Positions 9,523 through 18,558 of a stretch of DNA of 64,000 nt are shown here, piece by piece. How positions within the stretch are numbered: the stretch's first letter is position 1; each line of letters opens with the position of its first letter. This DNA comes from Sulfurimonadaceae bacterium (GTDB taxonomy: Bacteria > Campylobacterota > Campylobacteria > Campylobacterales > Sulfurimonadaceae). The position numbers and the translations under genes were made by a program. The notes beneath the pieces are model-generated. The model saw nothing but the letters and a program-made list of their open reading frames with translations, searched no databases and was not told the origin of the DNA. The stretch is taken from the NCBI GenBank assembly GCA_041571435.1, contig JBFFUI010000004.1, forward strand, positions 1 through 64,000, written 5' to 3'.

Positions 9523-10847
9523 CGTTCGGTATAGTTCAGGTTTTTTAGATGCAGAAAAAAACTGTGGCTGAACTCCTCCACTGTGGTATAGTCGAGCGTT
9601 TTTCCAAAAGGCTTGAGATGCGTGAACTGCTTCTGATAGGGGGTGATGGCATCACTGATCGCGGTGATGATGGCATCTTTTTCAAAGCGGTTCTTCTCTT
9701 TGTGGTAGTAGGCTTTATAGCCCAGTGTGACAAAGTAATCGCTGTTTTGGACCTCGACGATCAGATGCAGCAGTGCCCGGTATGAGGGGTGTAGTCCATA
9801 GTTGTAGAGGATATAGAGCGGGATATAGCGGTTGATCGTCGATGCCACGTGTTCATAACGGTGGTGTCTGAACCAGCGAAACTTCTCCAGGGAGGCCTCG
9901 ATGAAGAGGTTCAACTCCTCCATGGTGGTGTGCTCCATCGGCGAGAAGGTGTAGTGTGCTTTGTAACACTGGGAGACGAACGCTTCATAGGGAAGCTTTT
10001 GCAGCGACTCAATAAAGAGAAGCAGCTCGTCGTTCTTCTGTTCGACAAGGCGCTCATCATCCGTAAAGTAGCTGTTGATCTTCTCAAAGGTCTCCTGCAT
10101 GATATCTTTGTGCGGGACGATGAGGTAGTCGATCTGAAAAAGCAGACTCAACAGTGTGAAAGAGACGGTACTGATGTTGTCATTGGCGGGGAGCTGCGTG
10201 AGATCTTTTTGACAATCCGTGATCCAGCTCTGCATGGCGTCGTACTTGATACGAAGCTCATTGTCGTCGATCGGCAGCAGGTGGTCGACTTCGATGAGAC
10301 GTTTCTGTTTGTAGTGGTAGTGCAGATACTCTTTCTCATAGTCGGCATTGAGCGCAAGCTCACGAAGGGGGTAGAAGATCTTCTGGGGTGTCATGGTGGT
10401 GTTGTCAAGATAGAGCTTGAGCATCAGAAAATCTCCGTGCGTATAGTAGCGGATGTAGGTGAGCTGCTCGTTGCGCTCCAGGATATGGCGTTTGATCGCG
10501 ACGTTCATCAAGTCCCTGCTTGTAATGATACTGTGGGCTTCGAATGTCTTCTCTGTGACGGTTCCGCGAATGATAGCCGTTCCCTGATAGAGGGTAAAGT
10601 GAAGGGTCTCCTCTTCATAGTGGAGCCGGACGTTCTCGTTGGAGAGAGCGGCATTGAAGTTTTCCAGCGAACGGAGATAATATTCGAACGCTTCCACTTT
10701 CTTGCCTTCGCGAAAAGCCTCTACCGCCTGGTTGAAGAGTTCGTGTTCCTGGGGGTTGAGCTGGGCGTTGATACTGCGGCCGAAATGGTGGACAATGGGT
10801 TTTGCAGTCTTGGCGTGATGGAAGAGACGATAAAACCAGTCACTCAT
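9519..10847 (-). CDS. Hypothetical protein with N-terminal TPR-like hairpin, YbjN-like domain and helical C-terminus
   Basis: About 442 aa ORF; RBS AAGGAG 5 nt before ATG 10847; ATGA overlap with the protease; QGTAII...ILERNEQLTY...ELALNAD pattern parallels the protease C-domain. Confidence 0.75.
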   Translation of the reverse strand: MSDWFYRLFHHAKTAKPIVHHFGRSINAQLNPQEHELFNQAVEAFREGKKVEAFEYYLRSLENFNAALSNENVRLHYEEETLHFTLYQGTAIIRGTVTEKTFEAHSIITSRDLMNVAIKRHILERNEQLTYIRYYTHGDFLMLKLYLDNTTMTPQKIFYPLRELALNADYEKEYLHYHYKQKRLIEVDHLLPIDDNELRIKYDAMQSWITDCQKDLTQLPANDNISTVSFTLLSLLFQIDYLIVPHKDIMQETFEKINSYFTDDERLVEQKNDELLLFIESLQKLPYEAFVSQCYKAHYTFSPMEHTTMEELNLFIEASLEKFRWFRHHRYEHVASTINRYIPLYILYNYGLHPSYRALLHLIVEVQNSDYFVTLGYKAYYHKEKNRFEKDAIITAISDAITPYQKQFTHLKPFGKTLDYTTVEEFSHSFFLHLKNLNYTER

Positions 10848-10920
10848 CAATGCTCCTTACTGCAATTGGTATGATTTGAGTATAGAGCGTAGCGCCTGAA
10901 AATGTCTTTAGAACCGCACA

Positions 10921-11451
10921 CTATTGTGGAAACCTCTGCATCAGGGCTTTGACCACTTTGTTGATATATGCGGTTCGCTTCTGCGGGGTCTTCATGCTTT
11001 TGAGATGATCCACAGCCGTACCGCGCCAGATGATCTTGTTTTGGCGCGGCACAACGGCATCGACGATCAGTTTGGCTTCGTCATAGGTGTAGGTCCGTGT
11101 TTGCGGTACAGCGACCATGTTGTAACCGTAGCCGTATGAGTAGGGATACATGTTCATATACTGATAGTCCGTATCGATGCGTGTTTTTGATGTGACACCG
11201 GTATGAAAGAGCACGTAGAAATCCGCGGACTCGATGCCTGCCTCCCTGTATCCCTTTTGGATAAGCTCGTTTTTGAGCGCAGCGATAATGCGGTCGGAGG
11301 TCAAGGTGTCTTCACCTTCGAGCGTCTTATGGACGATAGCAAAGTTCTTCGGTGGTGTGAGGTCAGCGTTCGGATCATAATCGGTTACGACTTTCAGTGA
11401 TGAACACCCGCCGATCAGGAGTGCAAGAAAAAGAGCAGACAAGATACGCAT
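10921..11451 (-). CDS. DUF4136 family lipoprotein
   Basis: Lipobox IGGC, DYDPNAD, KGY....ADF, Y.E..L.VD and IWRG motifs; RBS before ATG 11451. Confidence 0.85.
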   Translation of the reverse strand: MRILSALFLALLIGGCSSLKVVTDYDPNADLTPPKNFAIVHKTLEGEDTLTSDRIIAALKNELIQKGYREAGIESADFYVLFHTGVTSKTRIDTDYQYMNMYPYSYGYGYNMVAVPQTRTYTYDEAKLIVDAVVPRQNKIIWRGTAVDHLKSMKTPQKRTAYINKVVKALMQRFPQ

Positions 11452-11553
11452 GCTAATCCTTTTCGGCATCCGGAGTGGGATGCCTTTTATGTTGTCAAGT
11501 ACACTATTGTAGCAATTTCTGTGGCGATCATATTCAAAAATGCAGCCGGAGGC

Positions 11554-12156
11554 CTATTCCGTCACCGGTTTCCTTGACCTTTTCCCCCAAATGCTGTGCA
11601 GCACCAGCGCGAGCAGTGCACCGATAATGGCGAAGGCCATATCTTTTTGCGCGTCCCAGATGTCTCCCTGGGTAAGTGCCTGAAAACAGGCATCTTTCGT
11701 TTTCGGGCAAAAGACCTCCATGCTGAGCCACTCCAGGACCTCATACCCCGCACCAATACTGGCAATGAACAAAAAGGCGATGAGGTAGCTGAGCCGTCTG
11801 GAGAGGCCTTGATGGTAAAAGACCTCAAAAAACGGCACAAAGACCATAAGCCCGAAAAGAAAATGGATGAACTGGTCGTAGTAGTTTCTCTGAAAACCGA
11901 ACCAGTCCGAATACCAGATGAAATAGGTCATGTTGTTGTAGGTCATGTTGGCGCCAAAGAGGTGCAAGCTGACAAAGGCTGTCAGTGAGAGGTAGGTCAG
12001 GTTGTTAAAGTCGTAACGTCTGTCGAGCCAGAGCACCATGGGAAAAAAGGTGACGACCAGAACATTTTCGAGCGCCCAGATACCGAAATCGGTCGGGTTG
12101 ATCGCCAGCGCGATCCACAGTGTGACAAAGATGACGATAAGAGTTTTTTTGAACAT
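11554..12156 (-). CDS. DUF2238 (YjdF-like) inner membrane protein
   Basis: WALEN, RNYYDQFIHFLFG, YEVLEW and QGDIWDAQKDM motifs. Confidence 0.88.
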   Translation of the reverse strand: MFKKTLIVIFVTLWIALAINPTDFGIWALENVLVVTFFPMVLWLDRRYDFNNLTYLSLTAFVSLHLFGANMTYNNMTYFIWYSDWFGFQRNYYDQFIHFLFGLMVFVPFFEVFYHQGLSRRLSYLIAFLFIASIGAGYEVLEWLSMEVFCPKTKDACFQALTQGDIWDAQKDMAFAIIGALLALVLHSIWGKRSRKPVTE

Positions 12157-12287
12157 GACTGTTGAGTACTTCCCTTGTTAACGTCTATAGCTTTTTAAAT
12201 GATTTTAGCATAGTTGTGTGGATTTTGTCTCTGTCACGCTCCATTTTTATGAGATGGAGTGCAGACAGTAGTGGGAAGGACAGGAAT

Positions 12288-12725
12288 CTAATCTTTTGGG
12301 TGCAGTTCCAAAATGGCATCGATAAGCGTATTGGAAAATTCGACGCCTCTGGAGACGTTGCAGTTGAATTGATAGGAAGGTTCGCCCCGGTATGCGGCAC
12401 GAAATGCTTCAAGCCGGATCATCATGCTCTGCCAATACCTGTTCACATCTTGATGCTCTACTTTACTTGTCACTTCCTCGACCTTTCCGACGACGCACAG
12501 GCCTAAGGCCTTGCACCCTTCGGACTTCTCATTGGTCTCGATCTCCCTGCGGTACCGGTCCACAATGGCCTGTACCTCTTTCATGTGCTGTGGCTCAGCC
12601 GGTGGCGGAGTCTCGGGTTCAACAACCGTTTCGACCGGCTGCGGCTTCTTTTTAGACCTGATAGCGGCGACTATAAAATAAACAAGCGCTGCGATAACGA
12701 TAATTACAAGTGTCTTTATAAGCAA
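12288..12725 (-). CDS. Hypothetical membrane-anchored protein
   Basis: RBS AGGAG; N-terminal TM helix, Pro-rich linker and small globular domain. Confidence 0.65.
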   Translation of the reverse strand: MLIKTLVIIVIAALVYFIVAAIRSKKKPQPVETVVEPETPPPAEPQHMKEVQAIVDRYRREIETNEKSEGCKALGLCVVGKVEEVTSKVEHQDVNRYWQSMMIRLEAFRAAYRGEPSYQFNCNVSRGVEFSNTLIDAILELHPKD

Positions 12726-12888
12726 CTTACTACTCCTGTTGTGATTTAGTCGACATTATACCTGTGAGGGTTTAATATTTAATATATTGCATTTTTGGTT
12801 CCCACGCAGAACATGGAATGAGGAACGTGTTGTTCAAATATTGTCTTGCTGAGCCGGACAATGAAAAAGGCGATCCCTTTCTCCCCTA

Positions 12889-15120
12889 TTACCGGGGAGG
12901 AAAGAGTTTTCTTCTGGCTATCACGGCGCCGATAGCAAGAAATCCGAGGATCATCAGAACAAGAGTGGAATTGTCAACCGTATCGAACAGCTGCACAACC
13001 GTATCACTGTTGTGCTGCGGGGTCACATCATCTTCAGGCGGCGGTGGTACGACGACTGTCCCATCATCAGAAGTGGATACGCTGAACTTCGTATAGGAGC
13101 CGCCGAGCCCCGCCTCGTTATTGGTCTCGTTCCATACGGCGAAGACGATATTGCCGGCCGGCGTCGCACGCAGCTGCGACTCGGCACGGTAGCTGCTGCC
13201 GATACCCTCGACGACAGTCGTCGGCGTGTAACTCTCCCCCTTGTCTCTTGTCCTCGTATAGTAGATATCGCCGTCGACCGCACCGCCGATAAGGTCATAG
13301 ACATTGCTCTCCACACCCCACGCTGCGATCAGGACACTCTTGTCCTGACAGTTTTCAGGGTTTGTGATATTGCCCGGGTCAGTGCATCCCGGACCATTTC
13401 CCATCATACCGACAAGACGGGGTTCTTTGACATTGATCTTCTTGTCAGCTACCCCGGAGAGATTTTTGGCGACACTCCAACTATTCGTCGGTGCATGGTA
13501 GCGGCGCACCCAGAAGTTATAGTTCTCCAAGTCGGTATATCTAGACACTGCCCAATCTTTTGTGTAGGTGTAGCCGATATGAAAGTCGTCTCCGCGGATC
13601 ACTGCACGATGCGCCCTTGCATCTTCATAGTTGTTTTTCTCCGTACTGTCCTCCAGCGTGTTTGTCGGCGGCTCTTCCGCACCGCCAACCGGTGTCCAGG
13701 GGATGGTGTTGCTGCTGATGTTGTAGGCGGGGGCATTGTTGAGTGCGATCGCTTCGGCATAGACCGAAGTCCTCGCATTCGCATCGACAGGCGGTACCAT
13801 GTCTTCGGGTCTGAGACCCGTGGAGGCGGAGTCGCCGCTCGTCTTAAAACCTAGACGGACCATAATGTCTGCCGGTCCGCCCTCGACGGCATTGCCCTGT
13901 CGCCACAGTACTCCCATGCGCATGCCGTCAGCCGAAGGCTTGGTCTGCGTCACAAAACGGACGCGGCGGCTGTTCTCCGCCGGATCACTGATGATGGCAC
14001 CGGACTGCCCAATATCAGGCGCATTGAACGCAAATGAATGGTAACGGACATACTTTCCTTCGTCCAGCCCGGACGACCCCTTTGTCTCCTCGTAGGCGAC
14101 GATGGCGGTCGGGACCGTCTCGCCCGGCATCAATCCGACCAGCGCCGTATTGGCACGCGATGCACCGCTGCTTCCGGTCTCGAGAGCTGTGATCTCGGTC
14201 GTGCCGTCATGCGAGAAGACGGGGTTGTTGATGCCTCCGCTGCCGACATTGGTAAAGTTGTCCGTGAGCCGGGTCGGCGTGTTGGTGAATCCGGCCATGA
14301 GATCTTCGGTATAGGCGTACCAGATATCGGTACCGTGCGTCACCTTGGCGCCGGAGGAGCCGTCACCCGGGCCTTCGGCATTACCGATCTGTAGACCGTG
14401 CGGGTCCTCCTGCCAGGTAATGACCCATTTCCCCTTTGCCGGCGACCCCATGCTGAGGCCCCTGTTGACGTCCTGTTTCGCGTCGCGGATACCGCTTGTC
14501 AGACGGCTTGTGACCCAGGTCGGTGTCGCATCCGCAAAGTTGATATGGGACTCGTAGACGCAGGAGAAAGGTAGCGAGAGGCCGCCTCTCTCGATGTAGC
14601 TGACGATCCGCTGTTCGGTCTCGTCGCAGTACTTGTCTATCCAGGTGACCACGGTGAAGTTCCCGGAACTGAAGATGTTCGGTTTCTCGGAATCACCGTA
14701 ATAGGGCTCTTCCGACCCGAGGACGCCGTTCGTCCTGCGCCATCTTGTCGATATACTGAAATTGTCCGCCGTATTTGAGATGTTGATGGCAGGCGTCCAG
14801 TCCGACTGCGAGCTGCAGTAGCCGTTTGTGGCCGTCGGCATACAGGTACGCACAAAGATGTCCCTTGCTTTTCGGATCTTATCGTCCTTGAGATCGTAGA
14901 CATCATGCTGGCTGGCAACAGCATCGCCATATACGGCGATCAGCAGACCCTTTCCAAGCCTTACCAGCTTTGTCTTTGACGCCGACCCGTCACCGTTAAC
15001 CACGCCGTCCGATGAGAGTGTTTCGGGCGGTGTAAATCCGAGAGCCCCAAAGAGAGTTGTCCCCATCAATAAAGCACTCACACCTAAATGCATCACTCGA
15101 TTATGTAACATGTATCGCAT
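12889..15120 (-). CDS. Large secreted protein with C-terminal membrane anchor (choice-of-anchor O-like)
   Basis: Signal peptide; WQEDPHGL...EGPGDG.SGA...GTDIWY motif; Asp-box-like TRDKGESY; Pro-rich linker, TM helix and basic RRKLFPPR tail; RBS GAGGAG. Confidence 0.75.
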   Translation of the reverse strand: MRYMLHNRVMHLGVSALLMGTTLFGALGFTPPETLSSDGVVNGDGSASKTKLVRLGKGLLIAVYGDAVASQHDVYDLKDDKIRKARDIFVRTCMPTATNGYCSSQSDWTPAINISNTADNFSISTRWRRTNGVLGSEEPYYGDSEKPNIFSSGNFTVVTWIDKYCDETEQRIVSYIERGGLSLPFSCVYESHINFADATPTWVTSRLTSGIRDAKQDVNRGLSMGSPAKGKWVITWQEDPHGLQIGNAEGPGDGSSGAKVTHGTDIWYAYTEDLMAGFTNTPTRLTDNFTNVGSGGINNPVFSHDGTTEITALETGSSGASRANTALVGLMPGETVPTAIVAYEETKGSSGLDEGKYVRYHSFAFNAPDIGQSGAIISDPAENSRRVRFVTQTKPSADGMRMGVLWRQGNAVEGGPADIMVRLGFKTSGDSASTGLRPEDMVPPVDANARTSVYAEAIALNNAPAYNISSNTIPWTPVGGAEEPPTNTLEDSTEKNNYEDARAHRAVIRGDDFHIGYTYTKDWAVSRYTDLENYNFWVRRYHAPTNSWSVAKNLSGVADKKINVKEPRLVGMMGNGPGCTDPGNITNPENCQDKSVLIAAWGVESNVYDLIGGAVDGDIYYTRTRDKGESYTPTTVVEGIGSSYRAESQLRATPAGNIVFAVWNETNNEAGLGGSYTKFSVSTSDDGTVVVPPPPEDDVTPQHNSDTVVQLFDTVDNSTLVLMILGFLAIGAVIARRKLFPPR

Positions 15121-15407
15121 GGTATACTCCTCACATCTGCAGGATTATATTGCTCTAGAACATTTCCGATGCATCCTGCAAAAGAGTTATATTATAAATA
15201 TTCATAATACAGCAAATACTTTTAACACAAAATATACTTTAGCAACAAAGCAATTTGCATTTCACAATATTAAGGATCTTCCGATGAAGATAACGATACT
15301 TCTGATGATGGATTTTGCTGTCTACCTGACCATAGGCGAGACGCTCTTCTTCACGAAGGGCGCTGTTGGCCAGTGTCAAGAATGAAGCGCTGTTAAATGT
15401 TTTTTGA

Positions 15408-16139
15408 CTAAGCCGGAAAAGGGACGCCGGTGACCTCTTCACAGATCGCGAGCAGTTTCTCCTGCAGGCCGACGTCGCGTGCCTTTGCAAAACAGTGCGT
15501 CTCTCTCTTGTGGAAAAGATACCGGCCGCTGACCTTGGCATCGGCATCGTCACTCACTACAAGCCATGCCTGTGTCTCCGCCCCTTTTTGCAGGTCGTCC
15601 GGCGCACCCGGTCCACCCATCTTGGTCGGTACCCAGCCGGGGTCGACGGCGTTGACCGAGACCTCCGGCCATCTGCGTGCGACGGCCATGGCGAGCATGA
15701 CATCATGGAGCTTGCTGTCAGAATAACTTGCGCCTCTCTCAAGGGAGAGGTCGCTCAGCGTCGCATCGCCGTAGGCATGCATGTCGGAACCGGTGTAGAT
15801 GAGGCGTTCAGGCCTCTCCATGAGACAGGTCAGCATATACGGTGCCAGCGTGTTGACCGCAAAGATCTCCCTCTCTGGTACCTGGTAGACCCCGGCATTA
15901 TGGATTACCGCGTCGAAGCACCCCAAGGCGTTGGCCTCCGCCGCCAGTTCTTTCATCTCTTCAAGATTCGAGAGGTCCGCTACCAGCACTGTTTCGGCCG
16001 TCGGCAGTCTGCCCATGACCTGCGCCGCCCGCTCGATATTGCGCGCATGCAAGACAACATCATGCCCCTCTCTCAGCAGCGCCTCCGCCGCCAAGAAACC
16101 GATGCCGTCTGTTGAGCCTGTAATCAATACTTTTGCCAT
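15408..16139 (-). CDS. Short-chain dehydrogenase/reductase (SDR)
   Basis: TGSTDGIG, HNAG, YSDSK and DPGWVPTKMGG motifs. Confidence 0.92.
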   Translation of the reverse strand: MAKVLITGSTDGIGFLAAEALLREGHDVVLHARNIERAAQVMGRLPTAETVLVADLSNLEEMKELAAEANALGCFDAVIHNAGVYQVPEREIFAVNTLAPYMLTCLMERPERLIYTGSDMHAYGDATLSDLSLERGASYSDSKLHDVMLAMAVARRWPEVSVNAVDPGWVPTKMGGPGAPDDLQKGAETQAWLVVSDDADAKVSGRYLFHKRETHCFAKARDVGLQEKLLAICEEVTGVPFPA

Positions 16140-16287
16140 TGCATCCGCCTTTTTATTGATATCTTCTCGTACTTGTATTTTGATTATGTGCTTATTGTAC
16201 TACAGCTTTTGGGAGAAGCTTGCTTGGTTTAGCTGGCTGAAGTAGGCATTCCAATGTATCACGTGGAAAAGAGAAGATCAGTGTGGC

Positions 16288-16776
16288 TTATTTTTTTGCA
16301 CAGCAATCTTTGTATTTTTTGCCGCTGCCGCAAGGACATGGCTCGTTACGTTCGATCTTAGACTTGAAGATGACGCCGTCGCGGTAGTACCATTTGCCGT
16401 CTTCAAAGACAAAGTGACTGTGTTCATGCAAGACATGCATGTTTTCGTCAAAGTCCCTGTAGTAGGCTCTAAACTCCACCTCGTTTTTTGTGGAGTCGAT
16501 GACATCGAGCTTTAGCCACTCCACGTTGTCAAACTCGCGTTCAAGCCGTTTGACCTCTTTATCGTTAATGACCTGCCGGTAGTTGGTCTCTAAGATGTAG
16601 TTGGCATTTTTGAGTACAAATGCCGTATACCTTGAACGCATCAAAAACTCAACGTTCGGCACTTTTTTGCCCTCTTCAATGTAAAGCTTACAACACGACT
16701 CATATGTTTTTCCAGAACCACACGGACAGATCATCTTACCCCTTTGTATCATTGCCAAATCGTTCTTGGAATGCAT
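16288..16776 (-). CDS. YchJ family protein with N- and C-terminal SEC-C motifs
   Basis: CPCGSGKTYESCC, LMRSRYTAF, HEHSHF...W.Y.DG and RNEPCPCGSGKKYKDCC; true start may be slightly downstream. Confidence 0.9.
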   Translation of the reverse strand: MHSKNDLAMIQRGKMICPCGSGKTYESCCKLYIEEGKKVPNVEFLMRSRYTAFVLKNANYILETNYRQVINDKEVKRLEREFDNVEWLKLDVIDSTKNEVEFRAYYRDFDENMHVLHEHSHFVFEDGKWYYRDGVIFKSKIERNEPCPCGSGKKYKDCCAKK

Positions 16777-16870
16777 CTATAACTGTTTAATTTTTTTTCA
16801 ATAAAGGATTATACCCGTTAAGCCCTCATAGTCTCTGCGCGGCTGTACTGAGAAACTTTTCTTTAGAGGT

Positions 16871-17431
16871 TCATTGAGCGTTACGGATATAGGTATTTAG
16901 CCCCTTAAGGCTTTTATAGGGGATCTGCCAAGCCATGAGGTTGACCAGCCAGCTCGGGGGAAAACCGCCCGGGTCCCCGTGCAGCGTGAGCGTGACCTGC
17001 GTTTGACGATCTTCTCTCTCTTCGAGTATAAATTCGGCATAAAGATAGTTGAACCAGACCCCGCTGTTTACACTTTCATATTTTTTGATGGAACGCAGCG
17101 TAATAACCTGCCTGTCTGCAGACTCTTTTTTCTGTATCTCTGCCCAGACCTGACGCTGGTCAAGCGGCCAGGGCGGCTGCATGAGAAGATAGACCTGTTT
17201 ATCGACGCTCTCTGCTGCTATGCAATCTGCCAACCAGGAAGGATAGGTCTGTGCGTTCATTAGAGTGTTGGAGATGAGTTCAGAAGAGTAGGGCATCTGT
17301 GTCTGGGCTTTAAACTGGACGAACTCGTACTTTTTGTCATACTTCTTATAGATCTTGATGCCGTCGATCTCTTTGTACTCCTGCCAGGAAAAAAGGAGTA
17401 CGGGAAGCAGTAACAACAGTAACTTATGCAT
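16871..17431 (-). CDS. START-domain lipid-binding protein, apparently exported
   Basis: Signal peptide; W...K..DGIKIY, PWPLDQR and DPGG..PSWLVN motifs. Confidence 0.8.
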   Translation of the reverse strand: MHKLLLLLLPVLLFSWQEYKEIDGIKIYKKYDKKYEFVQFKAQTQMPYSSELISNTLMNAQTYPSWLADCIAAESVDKQVYLLMQPPWPLDQRQVWAEIQKKESADRQVITLRSIKKYESVNSGVWFNYLYAEFILEEREDRQTQVTLTLHGDPGGFPPSWLVNLMAWQIPYKSLKGLNTYIRNAQ

Positions 17432-17885
17432 CTGAAAGCTTTCTAATGATCATCTTTTTTCCTTCCAGCATGACACGCATATGGCTGTACTTGATGAGAC
17501 GTTTTCCGTAGGGAAGTAAGGAGACGAACCTAAGCAGAAAATGGTGTGTACGCAGATGCAGGTACAGTGTTGAGAAGGTCTCATCGCCATGTTCACGCAG
17601 TATCCATCTGCCCTGTCCGGAAAAGTCGCCGCCGACGTTAAATGAGGCATAAGAGGGTTTTTGCAATCGTGAGATATGAATGTCAAAACGCAGGTGAACA
17701 ATATAAAAGAGAGTGAAATAGCAGTCGATCTTGGAGTGCGGACCGATCTCGCCCTCCGTATGGATCTGCACCCGGTAGACATGTTTCCATAACACAGGCC
17801 AAGCCGTCACATTCAAAACGGTGTCCCAGATATTTGCGCGTGAATATAGAAAGGCATCTCTGTCAACAAAGGTGAAATATTGCAT
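17424..17885 (-). CDS. SRPBCC (polyketide cyclase/Bet v1-like) family protein
   Basis: IWD.V.....WP.LW and GDFSGQGRW motifs; overlaps the START gene by 8 nt. Confidence 0.72.
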   Translation of the reverse strand: MQYFTFVDRDAFLYSRANIWDTVLNVTAWPVLWKHVYRVQIHTEGEIGPHSKIDCYFTLFYIVHLRFDIHISRLQKPSYASFNVGGDFSGQGRWILREHGDETFSTLYLHLRTHHFLLRFVSLLPYGKRLIKYSHMRVMLEGKKMIIRKLSDA

Positions 17886-18031
17886 GTCTTATTGTAACCT
17901 GATATTTTGCGGTTTAAAGAAATACGCGGATAATATTTTTAAATGAAGGATAGGTGCTTGAGGGTGGAAAATATTCTGTAACCGTTCTCTTAAGTGGAAC
18001 CTAGGGAAAGAGAAAACTATGTGAGGAACGT

Positions 18032-18529
18032 CTAAAATGTCATAACAAATAATCCTATACCAAATAACAACATCGCAATAATTATATAACCAAAAATTTG
18101 TATACCCTTCTCTTTGCTACAACCTTGAACGATTATGGATTGTGAATTATTTTTTGGATTAACCCACACATCGATATTTTCGCCTTTTGAAAAACGTTCT
18201 ATTATTTTTTTGGCATCTTGCTCCATGTTAAATCTAAAGTCATTGTCTATTGGGCTTAATTGTGTAGAAGTATGCATTTTAGAATCGATTACATATTGAT
18301 ATTGGATAGCAGGGATATACTTCTTTATGGACATGAAATCCATCTGAAAAGGTATGATGTCATCAATAACTTTGGAATCTATCACAACTCCAGAGCACCT
18401 TGTCCATGAACGATATTGCATAATATTATATATCCATCTCAGGCTTATTAATAACAAAGTAATACCCAACCCAATAAAGAGGCTTCCATAGAAAATATTG
18501 TCACTGAACATATGCATCAAATTTGTCAC
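18032..18529 (-). CDS. DUF3592 domain membrane protein (AT-rich gene)
   Basis: TM, then SW....G.VIDS, P.I.YQY, V.VNPKN..QS, then a C-terminal TM. Confidence 0.75.
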   Translation of the reverse strand: MTNLMHMFSDNIFYGSLFIGLGITLLLISLRWIYNIMQYRSWTRCSGVVIDSKVIDDIIPFQMDFMSIKKYIPAIQYQYVIDSKMHTSTQLSPIDNDFRFNMEQDAKKIIERFSKGENIDVWVNPKNNSQSIIVQGCSKEKGIQIFGYIIIAMLLFGIGLFVMTF

Positions 18530-18558
18530 TAAGAATTAAAAACGATACGGTCATTTGC

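Noticed and set aside
9849-10874. 341-aa plus-strand ORF
   Set aside because: Antisense shadow of the minus-strand gene, which has the RBS and operon coupling
13012-13854. 280-aa plus-strand ORF and neighbouring short ORFs
   Set aside because: Antisense shadows expected in a GC-rich gene
17886-18031. Possible integron attC site downstream of the AT-rich gene
   Set aside because: No RYYYAAC...GTTRRRY paired ends found and no integrase in the window
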